63,885 nucleotides of DNA from Octopus bimaculoides (GCF_001194135.2 NC_069004.1:18697699-18761583), one strand, 5' to 3'. Counted from the first letter of the stretch, positions 40,405 to 53,830 are shown. Program-made: numbers and translations. The notes: generated by a model from the letters alone, not told the origin.

Positions 40405-40860
40405 TTGCTGTGTCTATAGACATACCAGGCTAATATGCTTTCTTCCCTGTTGTAAGGAGTTGAAACCTGGACAGTTTATAAAGCTTAAGTGGACACAAGT
40501 TACATACATATATGATGGGACAGCTGAGACAGATCACGAATAACATTCTATTTGACAAAATCAAGAATGAAGAAATCCCCTGGTGTGCTCTTCTGCCTCC
40601 TCATGATGGAAATCCTCGTTGATAGAAATCTACGTTGGTTGAGACACATACACAGGATGGACAACAGACTCCCCAGATAAATAAAATCTTTACTCCCAGC
40701 TAAGCAAGGGGAAAAGAAACCATGGAAGATCTAGACTGAGATTCAAAGATACTGCAAAAAGGAATATGAAGTGGGAAGGAATTGATTATGGTAAATGGCA
40801 AACTCAAGTGAAAAAATTGACCAATATGGTGAAAGCTTATCAAGTCACACCAAAGCCATG
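40405..40860 (+). mobile_element. RTE (BovB-like) LINE C-terminal fossil
   Basis: GVETWTVYKA..MMGQLRQI..DKIKNEEI..RNLRWLRHIHRMDNRLPR..LYSQLSKGKRNHGRSRLRFKDTAKRNMK, with frameshifts. Confidence 0.8.
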
Positions 40861-43477
40861 AACAATCATAGTTGTGATGACTGATGCAAATAGACAAAGA
40901 GCTGGGTCTGGAGGAAGAGGTAATGCCTATAGCCTTTGTAACCCTCCAAGACAGGTGAGATTAATGTTGTTAATGTCCCACTTAAACTATATGAAGTTGA
41001 TTCCTGCGAGAAAGACATGTGCATGAAAGAGTTCCAAAGGAAAGAACAGAGTTCAGAAATGGTACAAAATGATCCAGCCTTAAGGAGCAGTAGAAAAAAC
41101 AGAGAGAAAGAGAAAGAACTTACAGCATTTGGCACTCCATCAGTTATGATGCTGAGGGTTCCAGTCAATCTGATCAACAGAATGGCCTGTTTGTGAAATT
41201 AACGGGCAAGTGGCTGAGTAGTCCACAGACATGCATAGCATTAACATAATTCTCAAAGAGAATTCAGAATGACACTGAATGTGACATGACTGACCCATTG
41301 AATTAGAGGTACAACTCACTTTTGCCAGCTGAGTGGACTGGTGCAATGTGAAATAAAGCATCTTGCTCAAGGATAAAACACATTGCTGAGGATTGAACTC
41401 ATGACCTTACAATTGTGAGTCAAATACCCTTAACCATTAAGCCACATGCCTTCACATACAACAAACCTGTATTATAGAGACTGGAGTGTATCTGTGAGTT
41501 ATTTTATGCCAATGAGTCAAGTGACATGTCCAGGCTGGCCGTGTGCAGCTGAAGCAATGTCCCAAATGTTAAATTTGTGAAAGATTTTGCAATTTCTGGC
41601 AAGTCAGACAATCACAGAGAACTTCCTCTTTCATATACCACTGTAGTCTGTAGAAAGAAATGAGAACCAGAGCAATTTCATCAGGTTACCTGTGATACAC
41701 CATCGGTATAAGTAGGAGGAGTTTTCCCCAAATAATTAACAGGTTATTTTCTCAACTGTGTCAAATAAGTTATTATTGTTGTTGTTGTTTAAACCAAGGA
41801 GACTTTTAATATGCAGATCCTTTCATCAAAGGTATTCCAACCAATAACCATCCCATTTACAAAGAATACAGACTTCATTATCCAATATGTTTTTCCTTTC
41901 TTTCGGATAACTACGATGTGATTGAGATGGCAGGGGAGACAGAGAGTTGGCTGCTGTTTCTAGCAGATCAAGCAATTGCATAGAGCTTCACTTGTAATTG
42001 GTTTCAAATTTTGGCACAAGGCCAGCAATTTTGGGGAAGGGGCTAAGATGATTAAATTGACACTAGGCCAACCCCAGCAGCATTTGAACCCACAATGTAA
42101 AGATAAATAAAATGCTGCTAAGCATTTTGCCCAGCATGCTAACAATTCAGCCAGCTCACTATCTTAATTAATAATTAACAGATTAATTAATTAATTAATC
42201 TGATGAACAGCGAACAGCCCTATTAATGAACACTGAAAAGATTCGACTGTTTCCACAAGCATTTAACAAGGAATGTAAGTAGCAAGTCAACCCGGATTCA
42301 TTAAATGTTTCAGCATTTAAACTGACCATAACCAGTCCAAATATCCTACCTGCTTTATAGTCAAACCAGCCAGATCTGGCTTCTTACACCTGTCCTACAA
42401 TGTCATTCTAAAAACAATCACATCATTGAAATCTCAAAGCTATGAGATAATGCATGATTAATTCAAAACAGTCTGGATAAACAAGCATTACATTTGACAG
42501 AGTAACCTGAATGTTAAAGGGTTAACTTCCAGCTGCGACCACCTTTGCCTTTTTTATTTTTTTCAGACATAGTATATCTTGGATTACATCATTTAATGTA
42601 TTTTTCCCTGATGAAAATCGCATGGAGTGATTTGAGGGAAATATGATTGCTATTTCTAGCAGATTAAATGACCATGTAGGGGCTTCTCTGATAGCTCATT
42701 CACAATTAACAAACAGGTTGACAATTCTGGCAATAAGAAGAGTAAAAAAAAAAATTAAAAAAAAAAAAAAGAATTAATAAGTTAATTGATTTGCTTTACA
42801 TATTAACTGTTCTCACAAACAAACAGTTAACAAGTTAATTACTCTGACAATCAGGTAACAAGTGAAATATCCAGGCAATCAGCTGAATGGCTATTCTGGC
42901 AAATAATACTGCATTTGCAAGAAGACTGAGGAATATTATACATAGATGTGCCAAGACAAAATTACGTGGTCGTTCAAGCTGGTCTCTTATAATCTCATGG
43001 AATTTCTCTCTTCCTTATTAACTGATTTGTAGCTGACATTTCTCCGCTAACTATCGCAGAGGTGCATTGAACCGTGACTTTTTAATTGCAGCGCTTTCTC
43101 TCAAAAGACGTATCGACAAATTTATCTGTTTGTTCAAGTGTACTTACACCGAGGAAGACGATCTCAAGGTGTGTGCTGAGTATAGGTCAACAAGTTATTA
43201 ACTTTTTATCAGAACAGTGGATGAGCGGTTAGTGGCACGGTGTTACTAGATCAAAGAACACCAGTTCAAATCTTGCAACAGACAGCATCACCACATGTCC
43301 AACATTGATATTTTATTCAAAAGAAGTCCATTAATCCAAATTTGGGAAATAGATATTTACAGCTATTCTTCAGTACACATACAAACACACACAAATATAT
43401 ACAACAGTTGAAACGGTCATTGTACTGAATAAAGATGAGTGTTAAATCTATCTTCCGTTTCCTTCATCGATTATTAT

Positions 43478-43610
<133 letters not shown>

Positions 43611-46405
43611 GCATGAACATCATTTTAACATCTACTTTTCCAAGTTTGCGCATGGCTCAGAAAGAATTCGTTGAGGCAGGTTTTCTGCAGCCAGGTACCC
43701 TTCTTGTAGCCTACTTTCATACGTTTCCAAGTTAAGTAATATTTTCCCTTGGTCACTCATGGATGAAGTGTAAATGAACAGCCTCTGCAAAACTCAGTTT
43801 CCACTTGTTATGGTCCATGGACACTGCGATATAAGTAATTCTTTTACTTTTTTATTACTTGCTCTATTTATCAAACTATAAAACTCACATTTGGTATAAC
43901 AGGACTACATGCCCCAGGGAAGAGGGAATTATGTGATTTATTTATCTTATGTGTTTAAGGATTTTGTTACGTGCAGCCCACCATCAGCAGATTGCTGCTT
44001 AAATTTTTATTCAAACTGTCAACTTTGAGCAGGTATGGCCTGTGTGAAACTTGTTTCTTAACCACATGGTTCAGTCCCACTAGGTGGCACCTTGGCAAGT
44101 GTCTTCTGCTAAAGCCCTGAGTTAACCAAAGCCTTGGAAATGGATTTGATAGACGGAAACTGAAAGAAGCCCATCACAGATGTGTGTGTGTTTTTGTTTT
44201 CCACTACCACTTGACAACCAGAGACAGTTTGTTTTCATTCCTGACAAAATGAAGGCGGCAAAATGGCAGAGTCATTACCACACTGGATAAACTGCTCAGT
44301 GGCATTTCGTCCGTCCTTACATTCTGCATTCAAATTCTGTTGAGGTTGACTTTGTCTTTCATCCTGTTGGGATTGATAAAGTAAGTGTCAGTTGAACACT
44401 GGGGTCAATGTAATCAATTTACCCCTCCCCGTGAAATTAATGGCCTTGTGCCAAAATTTGAAACTAATATTTGGACTGGAGGTATGTGGCTTAATGGTTA
44501 GAGTGTTGGACTCATGATCATAAGATTGAAGTTTCAATCCCTGGACCAGGCCACACATTGTATTCTTGAGCAAAACATTTTATTCCACATTGCTCCAGTT
44601 CACTCAGCTGGCACCAATGAGTATTCCTCTGATGGACTGGCATCCCACAGAAACTAGGAAACCGTCCCTATGAATATATATGACACAGGAGGGGGTTTTA
44701 TCTCTCATTTTTGAGTTCGATATGGCTGGTTTAAATGCTAAAGGATTAATTTACAAGACAAAACCGAAAGATTCCATTAGAACAATACCAAAGTTACATT
44801 ATATGCAACTGTGTGCTTCTAAGAGACACAGTGGAATTAATGCTCAATGCTGTATTAGTGGTTTCAGATTATCCCAAGTATAACATCATAACACTATGGC
44901 AGAGTATCTGTATCAACAAAAGCTATTTATTTCTTATGTGATCTATTTCTCAGAAAGAACTACTGCAAAATTATGAAAGCTTTGTCAATTTGAGCAACCA
45001 TACAGCTGAGTTTGGAACCAAAGCAGAATGGCAACTTTGCTACTGTGCATGGGAAAGGACCATGCAATGGAGAGGATGGCTCTGTGGAGGGACTGATTGC
45101 TAGAGCCAGCATACAGTACCTGTTTTTTATCTTTTATATGTCTCAATCTTTGAAGTGCAGCCATGTTGGGTAACCACCTTGAAGGGTTTAGTTGAAAAAA
45201 AAAAAAAAATCAACCCCAGCCCTAATCAAACTGAAGAGGATTTGGGTAATCTGCTTATCAATTAGTAATAGTTATTTAGATGATGGGGTACCAGCTTATA
45301 ATTTTAAAAATCATCATCATTATCATCATCATCTAGTGTCTCTTTTTCCATGCTGGCATGGGTTGGATGATTCGACATGAACAGATTGAGCCAGAGGGCT
45401 TCATTGATCTATGTCTGCTTCACTGATCTCCTATGTCAGCTGGATGTCCTTCCTAATGCCTGTCATTTCAGAGTGTACTGGGTGTCATTTTTTTTTTCTG
45501 TGGCACCAGCGCTAACAAGATTCACAAGAACCTGCAAAACAAGCCCCACTCAACAGAACGGAATATAGCACTGAGGGATAAGAAAGTAAGATAAAGGGAC
45601 AGAAGCAGGTTTTTTGCTGAATAGGTTAATACGTAGTCTGCCTGTTGAGAGAAAGAGAGAGGAATAGAAAAAGTTTAATATGTAGCTAAGTATGTTAGGG
45701 TGAGAATAGTGTGACAGATGAATACAGACAGGGAACAACACAGAGAATATCAGTACAGCGGAAGTAAAGGAAGGAAACATGGTATTGCAGAAAACTGATG
45801 GAAGAATGGATATTAGAAGATGAGTTGTGGGGGAAGGCTTGAGAGAAGCTCAATTCTGACAAGCTGGAAGGACTTCTGAAGCACAACATCCAGCTGTAAA
45901 ACAAAACAGCAAAAACATGCCATCCAAATCAATGAAAACTGCTAAATGCATACCATGAGGGTGGTGTGTGCATTAGTGGGGCAGTCATATGGAAACATGT
46001 GGCCGTATGTGGTGAGGCCTTGTTGGCCCTCATCAAACAAATGCTTGCTTGCAGATAATAGAAAGGGAAAAAAAAATGTCAAGTAAATTCCCACCAACCT
46101 CACCACTAACACCTGAAAACCTTTTGTTTCCGATTCAGTTGCAAAACTTCAGGGGATGTTACTGTGTGATGAAAAGGTATGTCTGGAGAGAATTATAGAG
46201 GCATCAGGGTGGTGGCACGGAGATGTATGCTGTGCAGGGGGCAGGGCTTTAGCAGCCACCACCACCAACCTTCATTGTCACTATCATCACCATCACCACC
46301 ACCACCATCAGCACCACCACCACCGTCACCACCACTGTCATTGTCATCACCACCATTATCATATTCAATCCTTCTCCTCCTCCTCTTCCTCCTCATCATA
46401 CTCAC

Positions 46406-46538
46406 TACTGAAGTGCAGCATCTTCATCGTTGTTGGCAGCAGTGAGACTCGTAGTAGTAGGCTAAGGAGGAGGAGCACCAGAGTGAAGCAGTAGCAGTTA
46501 CCGATGCTGCTGCTGCTCACAGTACACTGCATGTGCAT
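46406..46538 (-). CDS. Candidate first coding exon of an unidentified gene (hydrophobic, signal-peptide-like N-terminus)
   Basis: ATG at 46538 gives MHMQCTVSSSSIGNCYCFTLVLLLLSLLLRVSLLPTTMKMLHFS plus 1 nt, then a consensus donor GTGAGT (46405-46400). Non-repeat, GC-richer context. No downstream exon identified. Confidence 0.3.
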
Positions 46539-46685
46539 TCCTGCAGTGTGTGTTTACTTGCTGCAAGTGACCAGCATAGAATAACTGCGTGATGAGTAAT
46601 GTCAGTTTGTTGTTGCTGTTGTTGTTGTTGTGTGAGTCAGGGGTTCTGGCAGAAGTGAGCTGAGAGATACACAGACAATAGAAAT

Positions 46686-46770
46686 AAGCTGGGTCTAATA
46701 CACACACAGACACACATATTGACAATAAGCTGGATCTAATACACACACATACGTGATACTAAGCCAGCTC

Positions 46771-46814
<44 letters not shown>

Positions 46815-46861
46815 TAAGCCAGTTTTAATGTACACATATATACACACAAATAGCTAGCGGA

Positions 46862-46902
<41 letters not shown>

Positions 46903-47325
46903 GCATACACATGTATTTGTACATACATGTATGCATGCATACAAATATACATAGGTGCATACATGTTAAAATACTTGCATGCATACACAATTGCAGTCAG
47001 ATCACACACATGGACTGATAGTAAACTGGATCTAAGGCACATGCACACATATATATGCAGAGTAACACGCGTTGGTAAGAAGGTGAGTTTCACACAAACA
47101 AACATGGTAACAAACAGATGGGACAAAGAAGCAAACATACAAACAAACAAACACACACAAGAATCATGATTGCAGGGAGCTGGGCCTAACACACACACAC
47201 ACACACACACACAGACGGGTTATATAATAGCAGGAAGCTTGATCTAACACACGCGCGCACGCACACACACACACACACACACAGAGGAGGTTTGATAGCA
47301 GGGAACTGGTTCTAACACACACACA
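46686..47325. repeat. Array of about 8 RAGCTGGDTCTAA-like motifs separated by (CA)/(TA) microsatellite spacers
   Basis: Copies at ~46686, 46727, 46761, 46816, 47023, 47177, 47235 and 47303, most followed directly by ACACAC. Confidence 0.7.
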
Positions 47326-48832
47326 CAATGAAACAAACTCTGGATCAAAGTGTGTCTTAAGTCAAACTCTCAGAGACCAAATTCAGTTCCATTATTTTAA
47401 CACTCTGTTAGAGCAGTGTTTCTCAATCACTTTTTTTTTTATGGACCTCATAGACTCTTATTTTATTCAGGTGAACCCTCTTAGTCATTCAATGTTTAAA
47501 AAAATCCTGTTATATTTTTATAGTCAAATATTTTTAGGAATTGTATTTTAAAAAATCGTCAAAATATTTTGTGCATTGTAGAAGTACAACCAATTTATTG
47601 CACAGCAAAATCTCACATGGAACCCAAAGGACCATATGGACCTCGGTTGAGAACCACTGGTCTTGAAGATCTCAATACCTGGGACAATACAAGTCTGTCA
47701 GATATTCTGATTTAAAAGAATAGCTGTGTAGGGAATATAGGAAAATATCAAAGCAAACCTTCTTCATCTTTTTTTTTTCCTAACATAGGTGCAGGTATGG
47801 CAGTGAGGTTAAGAAACATGTTTTGCAACCAAATGGTTTAGGTTCAAACCCAGTGTACAGCATCTTGGGAGCCTCTGTGTGTGCGTGTATACACATGCCT
47901 GTCAGTCTGTATCTATATGTTGTTTCAGTCAAGCCAGTCTCCTGCTGCTTTGAGTAGATCTGGCAGGTGGAAACTGAAGGAAGCCTACTGTGTGTGTGTG
48001 TGTATACAACAGGCTTCTTTGAGTTTCCTGCCTAACAAATCCACTCACAAGGGTTGGCCCAAGACTACAGCAGAAGACACACATACCCAAGGTGCAGTGG
48101 TATGGAACTGAACCTAAGACCACATGGTTGAGAAGCAATCTTATCACATAGCCATGCTGACACATTACCATCACCACCACCAAGGATGTAGTGTCTTTGT
48201 GTGTGTGTATGTGTGTGTGTGTGTGTGTGTGTGCGTGCGTGTATGCACACACACACATCCACAGACATTAAGTGTGGGAGAGAAAGATAAGTAGGTAAAT
48301 GGAATTGAGAGACGTACTAAAGGGGGGGAGAGGCAGAAAGTAAATATAGATACCAGATAGTTAGAGAGACAGATTGACAGACAGACATACATGTAGGAAA
48401 ATAGCTGTGAATGTTGAACTTGCAAAGTAATATTCACAAATGTAAACAAACCTAAGAAAGAGATGGATTGTAGTAGGAGGGGGCTGGTAGGAGTAAGTGA
48501 GATGGTGCTAGTAGCAGTGGTGTTAGAGGAGAAGGCAGAGATGGTTATGTTTAAGGGTAGGAGTGATTGGGAAAGAGAGAAAGAGTGGGGAGAGAGAGTG
48601 GCAGGCTGAGAGAGGGCTCTATGTTGGAACAGACAACATGAAGTGTGCGTGCATGTGTGTGCGTGTGGAAGGGGTTGCAACGATGTCTGAGTGAAGCACC
48701 TTCTTCATAGCACTATCACTTTCACTATCACACAGAGTGGAAGGACAACCAGCTCATTCATAACAATGACCTCCACATAAACATGTATTACACATAATCT
48801 GTCTGGATCATGTCACACTTGATTATTTACAA

Positions 48833-48863
<31 letters not shown>

Positions 48864-49038
48864 NNNNNNNNNNNNNNNNNNNNNNNNNNNNNNNNTATAA
48901 AATTATAAACATTTTATAATTATAAAAGTTTTACCGATAATGGGTTTTTTTGCATACCGAATTCCTTGGCAAAATTGTTAATTATTAATTTATATTAATT
49001 AATTGACAATTCCCTGCCCTCTATCTATCTATCTATCT

Positions 49039-49083
<45 letters not shown>

Positions 49084-49241
49084 TGGTCATATGCATATTT
49101 ATATACACATACATGCATAGGTATACATAGATACATGCATACACATGCATGTATGTTTACTATGTAGACATGCATACGTATATGTATATATACACATGCA
49201 TACATATACTTACACATATATATATATGCATATACATACAC

Positions 49242-49272
<31 letters not shown>

Positions 49273-49333
49273 CATACATGCATACACATACATACATATA
49301 CAAGCATACATATACATACATACATACACACAT

Positions 49334-49366
<33 letters not shown>

Positions 49367-50000
49367 TATGCTAGTGATGATGGTGGTGGTGAGGAATAGA
49401 AAGATTGCAAGGTTGCGGGGTGGTGGGGAAGGATAAAGTGATTGGTATGGTGATGATGATGATGATGGTGGTAGTGGTAGTGGCAGTAGAAGTCATAGTG
49501 ACAGTGGTAGTGCAGAAGTGGCAGGATGGAATCAACTGACACATCTTCCTTCATCCTTCCTGCACCACTTCGATATTCTGAAAGTGTAAGTGAAAGTAGA
49601 AAAAAACACAGGAAGAACACTCCCCACACCCCACATCCCTAACCCCAATCCGCACCTAAGTCATAAAAAATAAAATGAACTGGAAGATAGTAGGAATGGC
49701 AATGTCATCCAAAGGTAGAGTTGGTGATGTCGGGTGGTGAATCAGAAAAAAAGTCTTATATCAGGAGGAGGAGGAGGAGGAGAACAATGATGATGAGGAC
49801 AATGACAGACTGACTGCTCTGAAACTTCTGCACAAAAAAAAAAAAGTTAATTAGCTGTGATTAGTTTGAATTAAGTTACTTAGAGTTTTAATTAGTTGAA
49901 TGGTTGGTTGAGGTAGTTGACACCTCTCAATTGCAGTCAGCAGTACTTTATATTCCAGGGACAAAATGAAACAATATGGTTTTGTGTGTGTGCGTGTGTG

Positions 50001-50424
50001 TATTTTGTTTTTGTATTTGGTTTGCAAGATTCTTTATGTGGATTTGTGTGTTGAAACATATTTTATTGTGTCTTAGGAGAGTCATTCTCTTTTTATGCCT
50101 TATTAATTTAACACACTCACTGGTCTGATTTCCACTCATTCACTTATTTATTTCTAAAATTTTTGTTGCGTTTCGCAACTTTTTCAATGGTTGTTGCCTC
50201 TGACCATTGTCCGATAACGGATAAAGTCAACAACTATTGAAAAGGTTGCAAGACACAATGAAAAATTTTAGAAAAATAAAAGTAAATGAGTGGAAATCAG
50301 ACCAGTGAGTGTGTTAAATTAGTAAGACATTAAAAGAGAATGACTCTTCTTAGACGCAATAAAATATGTTTCAACACACAAATTCACATAAAGAATCTTG
50401 CAAACCGAATACAAAAACCAAATA
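50001..50424. mobile_element. Foldback element with ~200-bp imperfect inverted arms and a ~25-bp spacer
   Basis: 50001-50199 is the reverse complement of 50225-50424 with scattered substitutions; flanked by (TG)n and (TA)n. Confidence 0.9.
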
Positions 50425-50430
50425 TATATA

Positions 50431-50655
50431 CTCTTATTCTTTACTCTTTTACTTGTTTCAGTCATTTGACTGCGGCCATTCTGGAGCACCACCTTTAGTC
50501 GAGCAAATCGACCCTAGGACTTATTCTTTGTAAGCCTAGTACTTATTCTATCGGTCTCTTTTACCGAACCGCTAAGTTACGGGGACGTAAACATACTAGC
50601 ATCGGTTGTCAAGTGAAGTTGGGGTGGGGGGACAAACACAGACACACAAACATAT

Positions 50656-50692
<37 letters not shown>

Positions 50693-51435
50693 NNNNNNNN
50701 NNNNNNNNNNNNNNNNNNNNNNNNNNNNNNNNNNNNNNNNNNNNNNNNNNNNNNNNNNNNNNNNNNNNNNNNNNNNNNNNNNNNNNNNNNNNNNNNNNNN
50801 NNNNNNNNNNNNNNNNNNNNNNNNNNNNNNNNNNNNNNNNNNNNNNNNNNNNNNNNNNNNNNNNNNNNNNNNNNNAAGACACTTGCCCAAGGTGCCATGC
50901 AGTGGGACTGAACCCAGAACTATGTGGTTGGTAAGCAACCTACTTACCACACAACATGTGTGTGTGTGCGTGCGTGTGTGTGTGTGTGTGTGATTGCAAC
51001 TGTACTGTGCAATGAACAGTAACCTGAAACTGAGAAAAAGCTTTAATAAAAAGTATATATATATATATATATTCTTTTATTCTTTTATTCTTTTATTCGT
51101 TTCAGTCATTTGACTGCAGCCATGCAAGAGCACCGCCTTTAGTTGAACAAATCGACCCCAGGAATTATTCTTTTGCTAAGCCATTAAGTTACAGGGACGT
51201 AAACATTGGTTGTCGAGCAATGGTGGTGAGACATGCACTGATACACATATACATACATACATATATACATATGTGTGTATGTATGGATATATATGACGGG
51301 CTTCTTTCAGTTTCTGTCTACCAAATCCACTCACAAGGCTATAGAAGAAGACACCTCCTTAAGGTGCCATGCAGTGGGACTGAACCTGGAACCATGCGGT
51401 TGGGAAGCAAGCTTCTTACCACACAGATATGCCCA
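50431..51435 (-). mobile_element. Two SINE A copies (50431-50950 with an internal gap; 51075-51435)
   Basis: Family A tail, body and head sequences. Confidence 0.85.
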
Positions 51436-51854
51436 TGCATAAAAACTTAAAGTTTCATGGTTACAATAAAAAATGACCAACTCTTTAGGTATCTGGAAAA
51501 GAGTGGAGAGAAAACAAGATGGCTTCTTTCTTACAAGGAAAGCTTAACCCCAGTCTGTCAGTAGAGGACACATTTTTGCAGTAATAAACTCAGTGACAAC
51601 AGAACAAACATTTCATGTGGGATATTACTGCTGCGTAGTCAATGAAGTGTGGTATTTGGTACATCAGTGAATATTGCTGCTAAAGGCATGGGGTGGTACA
51701 GAAAGAGTTTAACGTCTGATGGTCAGTTATGGTCAAGCAAATGTAGTGATATCTTAGTGATAACAGATGAATGCCATTGAGATGCAAGAATTGGGGACAA
51801 ATATAAGTACAGCTTAGTCTAGGGTGGTATAACAAGGTGGATAATGTTTTGAAA

Positions 51855-52845
51855 TACATCAAAATTGTATATCTTTTATGACAAAAATATGAAATGCCAT
51901 TCATTTTTTTTTTTATTGATGAATATTGCATGTTGTTGGAACATGAGCAGCCCTTCCTGGAAGCAGAGATGACAATTGCAAGTGCTGGGTGAATAAGGTA
52001 AGGTCCTGCCAAGTATATTCCAATTGATGTTGGGTGAGGTGTTGCTGTAGTTACAGAGTTTCCAGATGAAGCAAGAAAAGGTGGTAGCATTTTCCTGTCT
52101 TTACATTTGAGGGAATGCATATGCTGTAAGTATCTTCCCTTGAAGTCACTGATATAACAAGTAGTTCCTTGTTATATCATCAGGTAGTGTGAGGGGTAGC
52201 TCTATAGGCTACAGCTTTCAAGGGGCAGAATTCTCCCAGTGGACAGCTGGTAGGATTTTGAAAGTTGCAGGTGGGAGGGTGGGATGGAGATTGTGCAGAT
52301 GTGTGTTTGCTGCTGTTATAGTGTGCAATGTTAGAGGCAATGTTATCTAAATATGAATAGCTGACCATAACATCATAGGATTTAGAAAGTTTATATCTAT
52401 GAAAACAAGGAAAATGTTGTCCATGTTCAGAAAGCTCTTGGCCAGATTGGTAGAAACATCTTAGTTGAATGGAGGATTATACCAGATAACCTTTCTTTTT
52501 CTAACTCTCTTATGGTTTGAAGATGCAGGTGAGGTATCCTCTATGTATAGCAACTTATCTGTAAGGCCACTCTTCATTATAATGGGGTGCTGCTATGTCA
52601 AAGATCTCTCTATCAGATGAATGGTTAAAGATTTCAATAACAGCTGGTGGTTAGAATGTTTATGAATGTAAACTGCTTCTTCATTAGGTTTTCTGTAGTG
52701 TTTGGCATTTATCTGTCTTGAAGTCTAGGGTAACATCCATTAAGTTTACCTTTGCTAAGCTGGTAGTGACAGTTATAGATAAGCTGGACACTTTTGAAGA
52801 TGACAATGAGATTCTTCCCAAACTCATCAATGTTAAGGCCACTCA
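51855..52845 (-). mobile_element. Penelope-like retroelement fossil: RT domain 7, thumb, linker and GIY-YIG endonuclease
   Basis: Frameshifted: NLIVIFKSVQL..MDVTLDFKT..AVYIHKHSNH..EIFDIAAPHYNE..RKVIWYNPPF..VSTNLAKSFL..VMVSYSYLDNIAS..CNFQNPTSCPL..YRAT..DFKGRYLQH..INWNILGR..PYSPSTCNCHLC. Confidence 0.85.
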
Positions 52846-53199
52846 TATGAACAAGCATGGTTGTTTGGTTAAAAAGCTTGCACCACAACCTCATGGTTCG
52901 AGTTTCAACCCCACTGTGTGGCACTTTGAGTAAATGTCTTCCACCAGAGCACTAAACTGAGCAAAGCGCTATGAGTGGATTTGGAAGACAAAAACAAAAA
53001 GAAGCTCATCTTACCAAATTTAGGCTTTGGTCTACTTTATTTTATCAACTCCAGAAAGATAAAATGAAAGTTAATCCTGATGGGATTTGAACTCAGAATG
53101 TAGAGCTGAAAGAAATACAGCAAGATATCTCGTCCAACTCTAATGATTCTGTAATGATTCAGCAAAACCACCATTTTTATAATAATCTTTTCTGTTATA

Positions 53200-53825
53200 G
53201 GCACAATGTCTGAAATGTTGAGGCAGTGGGTAGTCAATTACATTGACCCCTGTGCTCTACTGATAATTATTTCATCGACCCCAAAAAGATGAAAATCAAA
53301 GTCAACCTCAGTAGAATTTGAACTCAGAATGTAAAGACAGATGAACTGGTACAGTTCTATATTTAAGAGAGAGGAATTATGTATATTATTTACATTTGAT
53401 GGATCAATCAATTATATTGACCTCAGTATTCCACTGGTATTTAATTCATTGACCCCGAAAGGATGAAAAGCCAAGTCAAGATGAGGACAAATATCCATCA
53501 AATGTAAATAATGTAAATAATATAAATAATGTAGATGAAATGGTGTTAAGCATTTTGCCCAGCATGCTAATGATTTTGCTAGTTCACCTACCTAACGATA
53601 ATGAAAATAATTCTTTCTACTAAAGGCACAAGGCCTGTATTTGGTGGTGGGGGGGATCAATCGATTATATCAACCTCAGTGTTTCATTGATACTTAATTC
53701 ACTGACCCCCGAAAGAATGAAAAGCCAAGTCAACCTCGGCAAAATTTGAACTCAGAATGTAAAGTCGGACAAAATTCGGCTAAGCATTTTGCCCAGCATG
53801 CTAACGTTTCTGCCAGCTCACCACC

Positions 53826-53830
<5 letters not shown>
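53200..53830 (-). mobile_element. Cluster of SINE B fragments and copies
   Basis: Repeated TTGACC(C/T)CAG..GACCCC.AAAG.ATGAAA..CAAGTCAA..GAATTTGAACTCAGAATGTAAAG. Confidence 0.8.

Noticed and set aside
40930-41100. Possible CR1/L2-like 3' end on the minus strand
   Set aside because: Similarity is too weak to support without a search
42608-42640. CTGATGA followed by a 7-bp stem
   Set aside because: Followed by GAGG instead of GAAA, with no stem I, stem III or NUH site
43369-43433. GAAACGGTC plus a stem-I-like pairing
   Set aside because: The CUGANGA core and stem II are absent, replaced by CA-rich sequence
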